This document shows positions 28,588 through 36,400 of a stretch of DNA of 36,400 nucleotides, one piece after another (the first letter of the stretch is position 1; the number at the start of each line of letters is the position of its first letter). Made by a program: the position numbers and the translations under genes. The stretch is from a virus (Duplodnaviria > Heunggongvirae > Uroviricota > Caudoviricetes). The notes beneath the pieces were generated by a model. The model searched no databases. It was not told where the DNA came from and saw only the letters and a program-made list of their open reading frames with translations. The stretch lies in the IMG/VR virus record IMGVR_UViG_2563366874_000010; one strand, given 5' to 3'.

Positions 28588-31500
28588 TAATAACCTGCGC
28601 CTGCAGGTCATTCTTAATGCGGTTGACAAACTCACCCGCCCATTCCGTGCTGCACAGGCCAGTTCGAAAGAGCTGGCTGGCGCAATCAGAAACTCCCGTG
28701 ACGCATTAAAGCAACTCAATCAGGCGGGTAACAGCCTGGAAAAATTTCGCAAGCTGCAGGCCGATAACAAAAAGTTAGGCGACAGGCTGAACTATGCCAG
28801 ACAGAAGGCAAATTTGCTTAGTTCTGAGCTGGAAGCGATGGAACAACCATCACAACGGCACCTTGTGGCTTTAGGTCGGCAAACGCTGGCAGTCCAACGC
28901 CTGGAAGAACAACAAAAATATTTGCAGAAGCAAACGGCGCTTGTGCGTGCAGAACTGTACCGGACGGGAATTTCTGCGAAAGATGATGCGGGAGCAACTG
29001 CCCGTTTAGCCCGTGAAACATCACGTTATAACCAGGAATTGTCGAAACAGGAGGCGCGGCTGAAGCGACTGGGGGAAGCTCAGCGCAGGATGAATGCAGC
29101 GCGTGCCAGTTATGCCCGTTCGCTGGAGGTGCGCGATCGCATCGCAGGAGCCGGAGCCACTACTACGGCTGCAGGGCTGGCAATGGGTGCGCCAGTGATG
29201 GCAGCAGTAAAAAGCTATACCAGCATGGAAGATGCCATGAAAGGTGTGGCAAAGCAGGTCAATGGTCTGCGTGACGATAATGGCAACCGCACTGCACGTT
29301 TTTATGAAATGCAGGATGCCATCAAGGCTGCCAGCGAACAGTTGCCGATGGAAAACGGTGCTGTGGACTTTGCCGCACTGGTTGAAGGTGGTGCGCGCAT
29401 GAACGTCGCAAATCCTGACGACAGCTGGGAAGACCAGAAACGTGATCTGCTGGCCTTCGCCAGTACGGCAGCAAAGGCGGCAACAGCCTTTGAGCTGCCA
29501 GCGGATGAACTGTCAGAAAGTCTGGGGAAAATCGCCCAGCTCTACAAAATCCCTACCCGCAATATTGAACAGCTCGGTGATGCGCTGAACTATCTGGATG
29601 ATAACGCCATGTCGAAAGGGGCGGACATCATTGATGTGATGCAACGCCTGGGCGGTGTGGCTGACCGTCTCGATTATCGTAAAGCGGCGGCGCTGGGTTC
29701 CACCTTCCTGACACTGGGCGCTGCGCCGGAGGTTGCAGCCAGTGCAGCAAACGCGATGGTGCGTGAATTGTCCATTGCCACCATGCAAAGCAAGAGTTTC
29801 TTTGAAGGGATGAATCTGCTGAAACTCAATCCTGAAGTGATTGAAAAGCAGATGACGAAGGATGCGATGGGAACTATCCAGCGTGTGCTGGAGAAGGTGA
29901 ACGCACTGCCGCAGGACAAGCGTCTGTCTGCCATGACCATGTTGTTTGGTAAAGAGTTTGGTGATGACGCGGCGAAACTGGCAAACAACCTTCCGGAACT
30001 GCAGCGCCAGCTAAAACTGACAGCGGGCAATGATGCGCTCGGTTCCATGCAGAAAGAATCCGACATCAACAAAGACTCACTTTCTGCGCAGTGGTTGCTG
30101 GTCAAAACCGGAGCGCAGAACACCTTCAGCAGCCTGGGCGAAACGCTGCGCCAGCCGCTGATGGATATTCTGTACACGGTGAAAAGCATCACGGGAGCGT
30201 TGCGCCGCTGGGTGGAAGCTAACCCGGAACTGACAGGCACACTGATGAAAGTAGCGGCTGTTGTGGCTGCGGTTACCGTAGGCCTCGGCACCTTAGCGGT
30301 GGCGCTGGCTGCAGTGCTGGGGCCGCTGGCAGTCATCCGTCTGGGATTCTCTGTGCTGGGTATCAAAACGTTACCTTCCGTTACGGCAGCAGTAACACGA
30401 ACCAGCAGCGCGTTGTCCTGGTTAGCTGGCGCTCCACTGGCACTGCTGCGACGCGGGCTTGCTTCATCGGGCAACGCAGCGGGTTTACTTACTGCGCCGT
30501 TGTCGTCTTTGCACCGCACGGCATCACTGACGGGGAATGTCCTGAAAACTGTAGCAGGTGTGCCGGTTGCACTGTTGCGGTCTGGATTATCCGGTTTACG
30601 TGCTGTTGCTGTGATGTTTATGAATCCACTGGCAGCACTACGCGGTGGACTGGCTGCCGCAGGCGCGGTGCTTCGTGTGCTTGCATCTGGTCCGCTGGCG
30701 ATGCTGCGCGTTGCCCTGTATGCCATATCTGGTCTGTTAGGTGCTCTGCTCAGTCCGATAGGTCTTGTGGTTACTGCACTGGCGGGCGTGGCGCTGGTTG
30801 TCTGGAAATACTGGCAACCCATCACCGCATTTCTCGGTGGCGTGGTGGAAGGATTCAAAGCGGCGGCAGGTCCCATCAGTGCTGCATTCGAACCACTTAA
30901 GCCTGTGTTTCAGTGGATTGGCGACAAAGTACAGGCGCTGTGGGGCTGGTTTACTGATCTGCTGACGCCCGTTAAGTCGACCTCTACCGAACTGCAGAGC
31001 GCAGCGGCAATGGGGCGGCGATTCGGGGAGGCACTGGCGGAAGGGCTGAATATGGTCATGCATCCGCTGGACTCCCTGAAATCCGGCGTTTCCTGGTTGC
31101 TGGAGAAACTCGGCATTGTCAGTAAAGAGGCCGCAAAGGCAAAACTACCGGAAAGCGTGACGCGTCAGCAACCTGCGACGGTGAATGCAGACGGTAAAGT
31201 GATGATGCCATCGGGTGGTTTTCCATCATGGGGATATGGCTTTGCGGGGATGTATGACAGCGGCGGCTATATCCCGCGCGGGCAGTTTGGCATCGTCGGT
31301 GAAAACGGGCCGGAAATTGTTAACGGCCCGGCAAATGTGACCAGCCGGAGAAATACAGCTGCACTGGCTGCCGTTGTTGCCGGAATGATGGGCGTTGCTG
31401 CCGCGCCTGCAGAGCTTCCACCGTTGCATCCTTTGGCACTTCCCGCGAAAGGCGGCGAAGCGATGGTGAGTCGTGCAGCCACTGTGCCGCCCGTTCACCG

Positions 31501-31657
31501 GATTGAGGCACCGACGCAGATCATCATTCAGACGCAGCCAGGACAAAGTGCGCAGGATATTGCGCGGGAGGTGGCACGCCAGCTTGATGAACGTGAACGC
31601 AGGCTGAAGGCAAAAGCCAGGAGTAACTACAGCGATCAGGGGGGATACGACGCATGA
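28580..31657 (+). CDS. T: Tail tape-measure protein, P2 gpT-like
   Basis: 1025-aa ORF with N-terminal coiled coil and Gly/Ala-rich hydrophobic repeats. Confidence 0.9.
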   Translation: MSDNNLRLQVILNAVDKLTRPFRAAQASSKELAGAIRNSRDALKQLNQAGNSLEKFRKLQADNKKLGDRLNYARQKANLLSSELEAMEQPSQRHLVALGRQTLAVQRLEEQQKYLQKQTALVRAELYRTGISAKDDAGATARLARETSRYNQELSKQEARLKRLGEAQRRMNAARASYARSLEVRDRIAGAGATTTAAGLAMGAPVMAAVKSYTSMEDAMKGVAKQVNGLRDDNGNRTARFYEMQDAIKAASEQLPMENGAVDFAALVEGGARMNVANPDDSWEDQKRDLLAFASTAAKAATAFELPADELSESLGKIAQLYKIPTRNIEQLGDALNYLDDNAMSKGADIIDVMQRLGGVADRLDYRKAAALGSTFLTLGAAPEVAASAANAMVRELSIATMQSKSFFEGMNLLKLNPEVIEKQMTKDAMGTIQRVLEKVNALPQDKRLSAMTMLFGKEFGDDAAKLANNLPELQRQLKLTAGNDALGSMQKESDINKDSLSAQWLLVKTGAQNTFSSLGETLRQPLMDILYTVKSITGALRRWVEANPELTGTLMKVAAVVAAVTVGLGTLAVALAAVLGPLAVIRLGFSVLGIKTLPSVTAAVTRTSSALSWLAGAPLALLRRGLASSGNAAGLLTAPLSSLHRTASLTGNVLKTVAGVPVALLRSGLSGLRAVAVMFMNPLAALRGGLAAAGAVLRVLASGPLAMLRVALYAISGLLGALLSPIGLVVTALAGVALVVWKYWQPITAFLGGVVEGFKAAAGPISAAFEPLKPVFQWIGDKVQALWGWFTDLLTPVKSTSTELQSAAAMGRRFGEALAEGLNMVMHPLDSLKSGVSWLLEKLGIVSKEAAKAKLPESVTRQQPATVNADGKVMMPSGGFPSWGYGFAGMYDSGGYIPRGQFGIVGENGPEIVNGPANVTSRRNTAALAAVVAGMMGVAAAPAELPPLHPLALPAKGGEAMVSRAATVPPVHRIEAPTQIIIQTQPGQSAQDIAREVARQLDERERRLKAKARSNYSDQGGYDA

Positions 31658-32139
31658 TGATGGTGCTGGGATTGTACGTGTTTATGCTGCGCACCGTTCC
31701 GTATCAGGAACTGCAGTATCAACGCAGCTGGCGACATGCGGCAAACAGCCGGGTAAACCGTCGTCCGTCCACGCAGTTTCTGGGACCGGACAACGACATG
31801 CTGACGCTTTCTGGTGTTCTTATGCCGGAGATAACGGGCGGCAGGCTGTCGTTGCTGGCTCTGGAGCAGATGGCAGAACAGGGAAAAGCCTGGCCCCTGA
31901 TTGAAGGCAGCGGCACGATTTACGGCATGTATGTGATTGAGGGACTGAATCAGACTAAAACGGAGTTTTTCCGCGATGGTATGCCGCGCCGGATTGAGTT
32001 TACCCTGTCGCTCAAACGGGTGGATGAATCCCTGTCCGATATGTTCGGTGATCTCAGTGCGCAGCTGAATAATTTGCAGGATACGGCAACGTCTGCCTTA
32101 AGCGATATCAGTAAAACGGTGGGAGGGCTACTGTCGTGA
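31654..32139 (+). CDS. U: Tail protein U, P2 gpU-like
   Basis: 161-aa ORF overlapping the T stop. Confidence 0.85.
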   Translation: MMMVLGLYVFMLRTVPYQELQYQRSWRHAANSRVNRRPSTQFLGPDNDMLTLSGVLMPEITGGRLSLLALEQMAEQGKAWPLIEGSGTIYGMYVIEGLNQTKTEFFRDGMPRRIEFTLSLKRVDESLSDMFGDLSAQLNNLQDTATSALSDISKTVGGLLS

Positions 32140-33236
32140 ATTTCAGCTCTGAACTGCTTAACAAAGGCAACAAAACTCCCGCATTCAGCATCAGTATTGA
32201 GGGGAAGGATATCACCACTGTGCTGGACAAACGCCTGATGGGGCTTACGCTGACGGATAACCGGGGCTTTGAAGCGGACCAGCTTGATCTGGAGCTGGAC
32301 GACGCCGACGGAAAAATCGTGCTGCCGCGCCGTGGTGCGGTCATTACGCTGGCGCTGGGCTGGAAGGGGCAGCCGCTTTTCCCAAAAGGGGCATTCACGG
32401 TGGACGAGATTGAACACACTGGCGCACCGGACCGCCTGACTATCCGGGCGCGAAGTGCTGATTTTCGGGAAACGCTGAATACCCGCCGTGAAAAATCGTG
32501 GCATAACACCACCATCGGGGAAGTGGTGAAGGAAATAGCCGCGCGGCACAAGCTGAAGATGGCACTGGGTAAAGACCTGTCGGATAAGCCCGTGGAGCAT
32601 ATAGACCAGACTAATGAGAGTGACGGCAGTTTTTTGATGCGGCTGGCGCGCCAGTACGGTGCCATTGCATCGGTGAAAAATGGCAATCTGTTATTCATCC
32701 GGCAGGGACAGGGCAAAAGCGCTAGCGGTAAACCACTGCCGGTGATTACTATCACACGTAAGGACGGCGACAGTCACCGCTTTACCCTGGCAGATCGCGG
32801 AGCTTACACGGGCGTAATTGCCAGCTGGTTGCATACCCGCGAACCCGCGAAGAAAGAAAGCACCACGGTGAAGCGTAAGCGCAGGACTAAGAAGCAGAAG
32901 AAAGAGCCGGAAGCGAAGCAGGGCGATTACCTGGTGGGTACGGATGAAAACGTGCTGGTACTTAATCGCACCTATGCCAATCGGAGTAACGCCGAACGGG
33001 CAGCGAAAATGCAGTGGGAACGCCTGCAACGCGGCGTTGCGTCATTCTCGCTACAACTGGCGGAAGGTCGGGCAGATCTCTACACGGAAATGCCAGTGAA
33101 AGTCAGTGGTTTTAAACAGCCGATAGATGATGCGGAATGGACCATTACGACTCTGACACATACCGTCAGCCCGGATAACGGTTTTACAACCAGTCTGGAG
33201 CTTGAAGTGAGGATTGATGATTTCGAAATGGAATGA
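32136..33236 (+). CDS. D: Tail protein D, P2 gpD-like
   Basis: 366-aa ORF, last tail gene before ogr. Confidence 0.85.
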   Translation: MNFSSELLNKGNKTPAFSISIEGKDITTVLDKRLMGLTLTDNRGFEADQLDLELDDADGKIVLPRRGAVITLALGWKGQPLFPKGAFTVDEIEHTGAPDRLTIRARSADFRETLNTRREKSWHNTTIGEVVKEIAARHKLKMALGKDLSDKPVEHIDQTNESDGSFLMRLARQYGAIASVKNGNLLFIRQGQGKSASGKPLPVITITRKDGDSHRFTLADRGAYTGVIASWLHTREPAKKESTTVKRKRRTKKQKKEPEAKQGDYLVGTDENVLVLNRTYANRSNAERAAKMQWERLQRGVASFSLQLAEGRADLYTEMPVKVSGFKQPIDDAEWTITTLTHTVSPDNGFTTSLELEVRIDDFEME

Positions 33237-33326
33237 TTCTTCGCAATGGAGAACTTTTAAGTTTGCAAAATGGAATAATGCGGTATCATTATTGTGAATT
33301 TAGCAAAAATGGGGAGAACTCGAAAA

Positions 33327-33545
33327 ATGATGATTTGCCCACTATGTGGAAGTGCCGCCCATACTCGCAGCAGTTTTCAGGTATCTTCATTGACCAAAGA
33401 GCGTTACAACCAGTGCCAGAACATTAACTGCAGCCATACTTTTGTTACCCATGAAACTTTTGTTCGTTCGATTGCAACGCCAAAAGAGTCAAATCCGGTT
33501 CAGCCGCATCCAATGAAATCAGGACAGGTGGCGCTCTCTCTTTGA
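33327..33545 (+). CDS. ogr: Late-gene transcriptional activator, Ogr/Delta/B zinc-finger family
   Basis: 72 aa with CPLCG...C.NI.NC four-cysteine motif (HTRSSF..S.TKERYNQCQN.NCSHTF) close to recalled P2 Ogr; start 33327 versus 33330 uncertain. Confidence 0.85.
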   Translation: MMICPLCGSAAHTRSSFQVSSLTKERYNQCQNINCSHTFVTHETFVRSIATPKESNPVQPHPMKSGQVALSL

Positions 33546-33567
33546 CGCTGCCGCCATTTTGTCGCCA
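33546..33567. repeat. Right copy of the 22-bp imperfect direct repeat (CGCTGCCGCCAtTTTGTCGCCA); candidate attR core
   Basis: Begins 1 bp after the ogr stop; 21 of 22 bp identical to 19-40; downstream sequence is host-like. Confidence 0.5.
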
Positions 33568-33780
33568 TCGTTAAAAAACAGTGCTTCTAACATCATGATT
33601 TTAAAAGGCATAAATTTTAGACAACAAAAAACCCACCAACCTTGAACCGAAATGGCGGGGTTGATGGGCTCCACAAAATGGGGACATCAAAGAAAAGCAG
33701 TGGCACTAATTAAGACTGATGCCCTGCGGAAAAGTTCTGCGGTTGTGCAAAAAAATTTCATTTTCAGGGCAACTTCAGTT

Positions 33781-35466
33781 TTATCCTAATCCTGGCCATA
33801 CCATGACGATGATTGTCCCTGCCAGCGTCAGCAGGACGTTGGCGATTGCGTAGGTGCCCGCATAGCCCAGCGCCGGGATATTACTGCGAGCTGTATCACT
33901 GATGATCTCCATTGCCGGCGCGCAGGTGCGTGCGCCCATCATTGCGCCGAACAACAGTGCGCGGTTCATTCGCAATACATAAGCACCGAACAAGAAGCAG
34001 ATAACCACTGGCACCAGACTGACAATCAATCCGGCAATCAACATTTGACCGCCAATCGCGCCCAGGCCGTTATTAATACCGCTACCGGCGCTCAGACCAA
34101 CGCCTGCCATAAACACCATCAAGCCGAACTCTTTCACCATGCTTAATGCACCTTGCGGAATGTAACCGAAGGTCGGGTGGTTAGCACGCATAAAGCCCAG
34201 CATAATTCCGGCGAATAACAACCCGGCAGCGTTCCCCATGCCGAAACTGAATGTGCTGAACTGGAAGGTGATCATCCCGATCATCAGCCCAATCACAAAG
34301 AAGGCGCAGAATGCCAGCAAGTCAGTGACCTGGCTGTGAATCGAGATAAAGCCGATGCGATCGGCGATGGTTTTTACCCGGCGGGCATCGCCGCTGACTT
34401 GTAAAACGTCACCTTTGTTAAGCACGACGTTGTCATCAATCGGCATCTCAATCTGGCTACGTATGACGCGGTTAAGGAAGCAACCGTGATCGGTCAACTT
34501 CAGTTGTGCCAGGCGTTTGCCAACAGCGTTATGGTTTTTAACGACCACTTCTTCAGTGACGATACGCATGTCGAGAAGGTCACGATCGAAAACTTCTTTG
34601 CCATTACGGAAACTGGGATCGAGTCGGGCGTGGGCGTCAGGATAGCCTACCAACGCTATTTCATCGCCCATTTGTAGTACGGCATCACCGTCTGGATTTG
34701 CCAGAATCCCGTTACGCCGAATACGTTCAATGTAACAGCCAGTTTGTCGATAAATACCCAGTTCACGCAGATTTTTGCCGTCGGTCCAGGCTACCAGCTC
34801 CGGGCCGACGCGGTAGGCGCGGATCACCGGTAAATAAACCTTACGGTTGGCATCAGTGTCCAGGCCACGTTCGCGGGCGATTTGCTGGGCGCTGGTCTGT
34901 AAGTCCTGATGCTGCAATTTCGGCAAGTAACGCGCACCAACAATCAAACTCACCAGACCGATTAAATAGGTTAAGGCATACCCGAGGCTCAGATTATCCA
35001 GTGCCAGTGAGAGCTGCCTGTTTTCCATGCCGGAATGACGCAGTGTATCGCCAGCACCGACCAGAACCGGTGTCGACGTCATAGAGCCTGCTAACATACC
35101 GGCCGTCAGGCCAATATCCCAGCCAAACAGCTTACCTAACCCTAAGGCGATCACCAGCGCACTGCCAACCATCACCAGTGCTAACATTAGGTAATTTTTC
35201 CCATCGCGAAAAAAAATGGAAAAAAAGTTCGGTCCGGCTTCGACCCCGACGCAGAAAATAAACAGCATAAAGCCAAGATTAAGCGCGTCGGTGTTAATGC
35301 TGAAATGTTGTTGGCCTAATAACAGCGATACGACTAAAACGCCAATGGAATTACCCAGTTGGATCGAACCAAGTCGTAATTTCCCGAGACATAGCCCAAG
35401 CGCGAGGACCACAAATAATAACAGAATGTAATTCCCATTTAACAATTCGGCGACGTTTATATTCAC
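33781..35466 (-). CDS. ybjL: Host putative transporter of the YidE/YbjL family (duplicated AspT-like domains)
   Basis: 561-aa multi-pass membrane protein; neighbourhood with ybjM and grxA matches the E. coli chromosome. Confidence 0.8.
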   Translation of the reverse strand: MNINVAELLNGNYILLLFVVLALGLCLGKLRLGSIQLGNSIGVLVVSLLLGQQHFSINTDALNLGFMLFIFCVGVEAGPNFFSIFFRDGKNYLMLALVMVGSALVIALGLGKLFGWDIGLTAGMLAGSMTSTPVLVGAGDTLRHSGMENRQLSLALDNLSLGYALTYLIGLVSLIVGARYLPKLQHQDLQTSAQQIARERGLDTDANRKVYLPVIRAYRVGPELVAWTDGKNLRELGIYRQTGCYIERIRRNGILANPDGDAVLQMGDEIALVGYPDAHARLDPSFRNGKEVFDRDLLDMRIVTEEVVVKNHNAVGKRLAQLKLTDHGCFLNRVIRSQIEMPIDDNVVLNKGDVLQVSGDARRVKTIADRIGFISIHSQVTDLLAFCAFFVIGLMIGMITFQFSTFSFGMGNAAGLLFAGIMLGFMRANHPTFGYIPQGALSMVKEFGLMVFMAGVGLSAGSGINNGLGAIGGQMLIAGLIVSLVPVVICFLFGAYVLRMNRALLFGAMMGARTCAPAMEIISDTARSNIPALGYAGTYAIANVLLTLAGTIIVMVWPGLG

Positions 35467-35735
35467 GGAGGCTAACTTCTTGTTTACTAGTAAGCTGTTG
35501 AAAGAAATGGTAATTTACGATAATGTTTTTTACCAGAATTCAGGGCGCAGATTCATTCAGCGCACCTAAACGATAGTAAAGTAACAATATATTTTACTAG
35601 TGTAATCACATTAGGTATCAACGGCTATATGAATTGCGTTGGCCTATATTAGCATGGAATGCGAAGCGGCTTTATCTTACTGAACGCCACACTGGCGAAA
35701 AATGTGTTCGATAGACGCAGTGTCAGGAGGAACGA

Positions 35736-36113
35736 GTGAAACATAAACAACGTTGGGCGGGGGCAATCTGCTGTTTTGTCCTCTTCATTGTGGTGTGCCT
35801 TTTTCTGGCGACGCACATGAAAGGCGCTTTTCGGGCTGCCGGGCATCCTGAAATCGGCTTGCTGTTTTTCATTCTTCCTGGAGCAGTTGCCAGCTTCTTT
35901 TCACAGCGTAGAGAAGTCCTGAAACCTCTGTTTGGCGCAATGCTGGCGGCACCCTGTTCCATGCTTATTATGCGGCTGTTTTTTTCACCGACGCGCTCAT
36001 TCTGGCAAGAGCTGGCATGGTTATTAAGTGCGGTGTTCTGGTGTGCGCTGGGGGCATTGTGTTTCTTATTTATCAGTAGTTTGTTTAAACCACAGCACAG
36101 AAAAAATCAATAA
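35736..36113 (+). CDS. ybjM: Host small inner-membrane protein
   Basis: 125-aa hydrophobic ORF between ybjL and grxA. Confidence 0.7.
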   Translation: MKHKQRWAGAICCFVLFIVVCLFLATHMKGAFRAAGHPEIGLLFFILPGAVASFFSQRREVLKPLFGAMLAAPCSMLIMRLFFSPTRSFWQELAWLLSAVFWCALGALCFLFISSLFKPQHRKNQ

Positions 36114-36114
36114 A

Positions 36115-36131
36115 GCCCTCAACGCGAGGGC
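36115..36131. terminator. Hairpin terminator between convergent ybjM and grxA
   Basis: GCCCTC-AACGC-GAGGGC stem-loop; T-rich run follows on the minus strand. Confidence 0.5.
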
Positions 36132-36142
36132 TTGTCAGACGA

Positions 36143-36400
36143 TCAGGCGTCCAGATTCTCTTTCACCCATGCAGCAAAATCGGTATAGCCGCCGATATGT
36201 TGCTGATCGACAAAAATCTGCGGCACGGTTTCTACGGGTTTACCTGCCTTTTGTTGTAGATCTTCTTTAGTGATCCCTTCCGCACGAATATCTACATACT
36301 GATACTGAAAATCATCGCGTTCATTGCTCAATTTCTCAGCCAGATCTTTTGCACGCACACAGTAAGGGCAACCCGGACGACCAAAAATAACGGTTTGCAT
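36143..36400 (-). CDS. grxA: Glutaredoxin 1; start codon is the last three bases of the window
   Basis: 85 aa with CPYC active site (GRPGCPYCVRAK). Confidence 0.9.
   Translation of the reverse strand: MQTVIFGRPGCPYCVRAKDLAEKLSNERDDFQYQYVDIRAEGITKEDLQQKAGKPVETVPQIFVDQQHIGGYTDFAAWVKENLDA

Noticed and set aside
29674-30876. 400-aa antisense ORF inside the tape-measure gene, and similar long antisense ORFs (16111-17403, 13904-14347, 28180-28719, 24672-24992)
   Set aside because: Shadow ORFs in GC-rich coding regions; low-complexity Ala/Ser/Arg/Pro-rich translations, no RBS, fully embedded in well-supported genes.
36109-36133. Similarity between the hairpin stem upstream of int (GCCCTC...GAGGGC at 1060-1077) and the ybjM/grxA terminator (36115-36131), considered as an att-related repeat
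   Set aside because: Only the 6-bp GC stem is shared and the loops and flanks differ; most likely two independent terminators.

Overview
The window holds an essentially complete P2/186-family temperate prophage (about 33.5 kb, positions 1 to ~33567) integrated beside E. coli host genes ybjL-ybjM-grxA (33781-36400). Prophage order is int, a cargo gene, CI/Apl/CII switch, early operon (zinc-finger protein, ASCH-like protein, Dam-like methyltransferase, replication protein A), a LexA-boxed DinI/Tum-like module, an acidic cargo ORF, a cos-like site, a retron (msr-msd plus RT-Toprim fusion), then P2-type head, lysis and tail genes with E/E' frameshift, and ogr. No tRNA, rRNA or CRISPR array was seen. 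Three uncharacterised cargo genes sit at mosaic junctions and are the best candidates for undescribed phage-defence or exclusion functions: a membrane-anchored coiled-coil protein with a GIY-YIG-like (T5orf172-type) C-terminal domain between int and cI; an AT-rich multi-pass membrane protein antisense between tail genes S and V; and a small acidic protein between the SOS module and cos. The retron itself resembles the known Ec67/Retron-Eco2 type. All protein assignments are from reading the translations and recalled family motifs; no database search was run.
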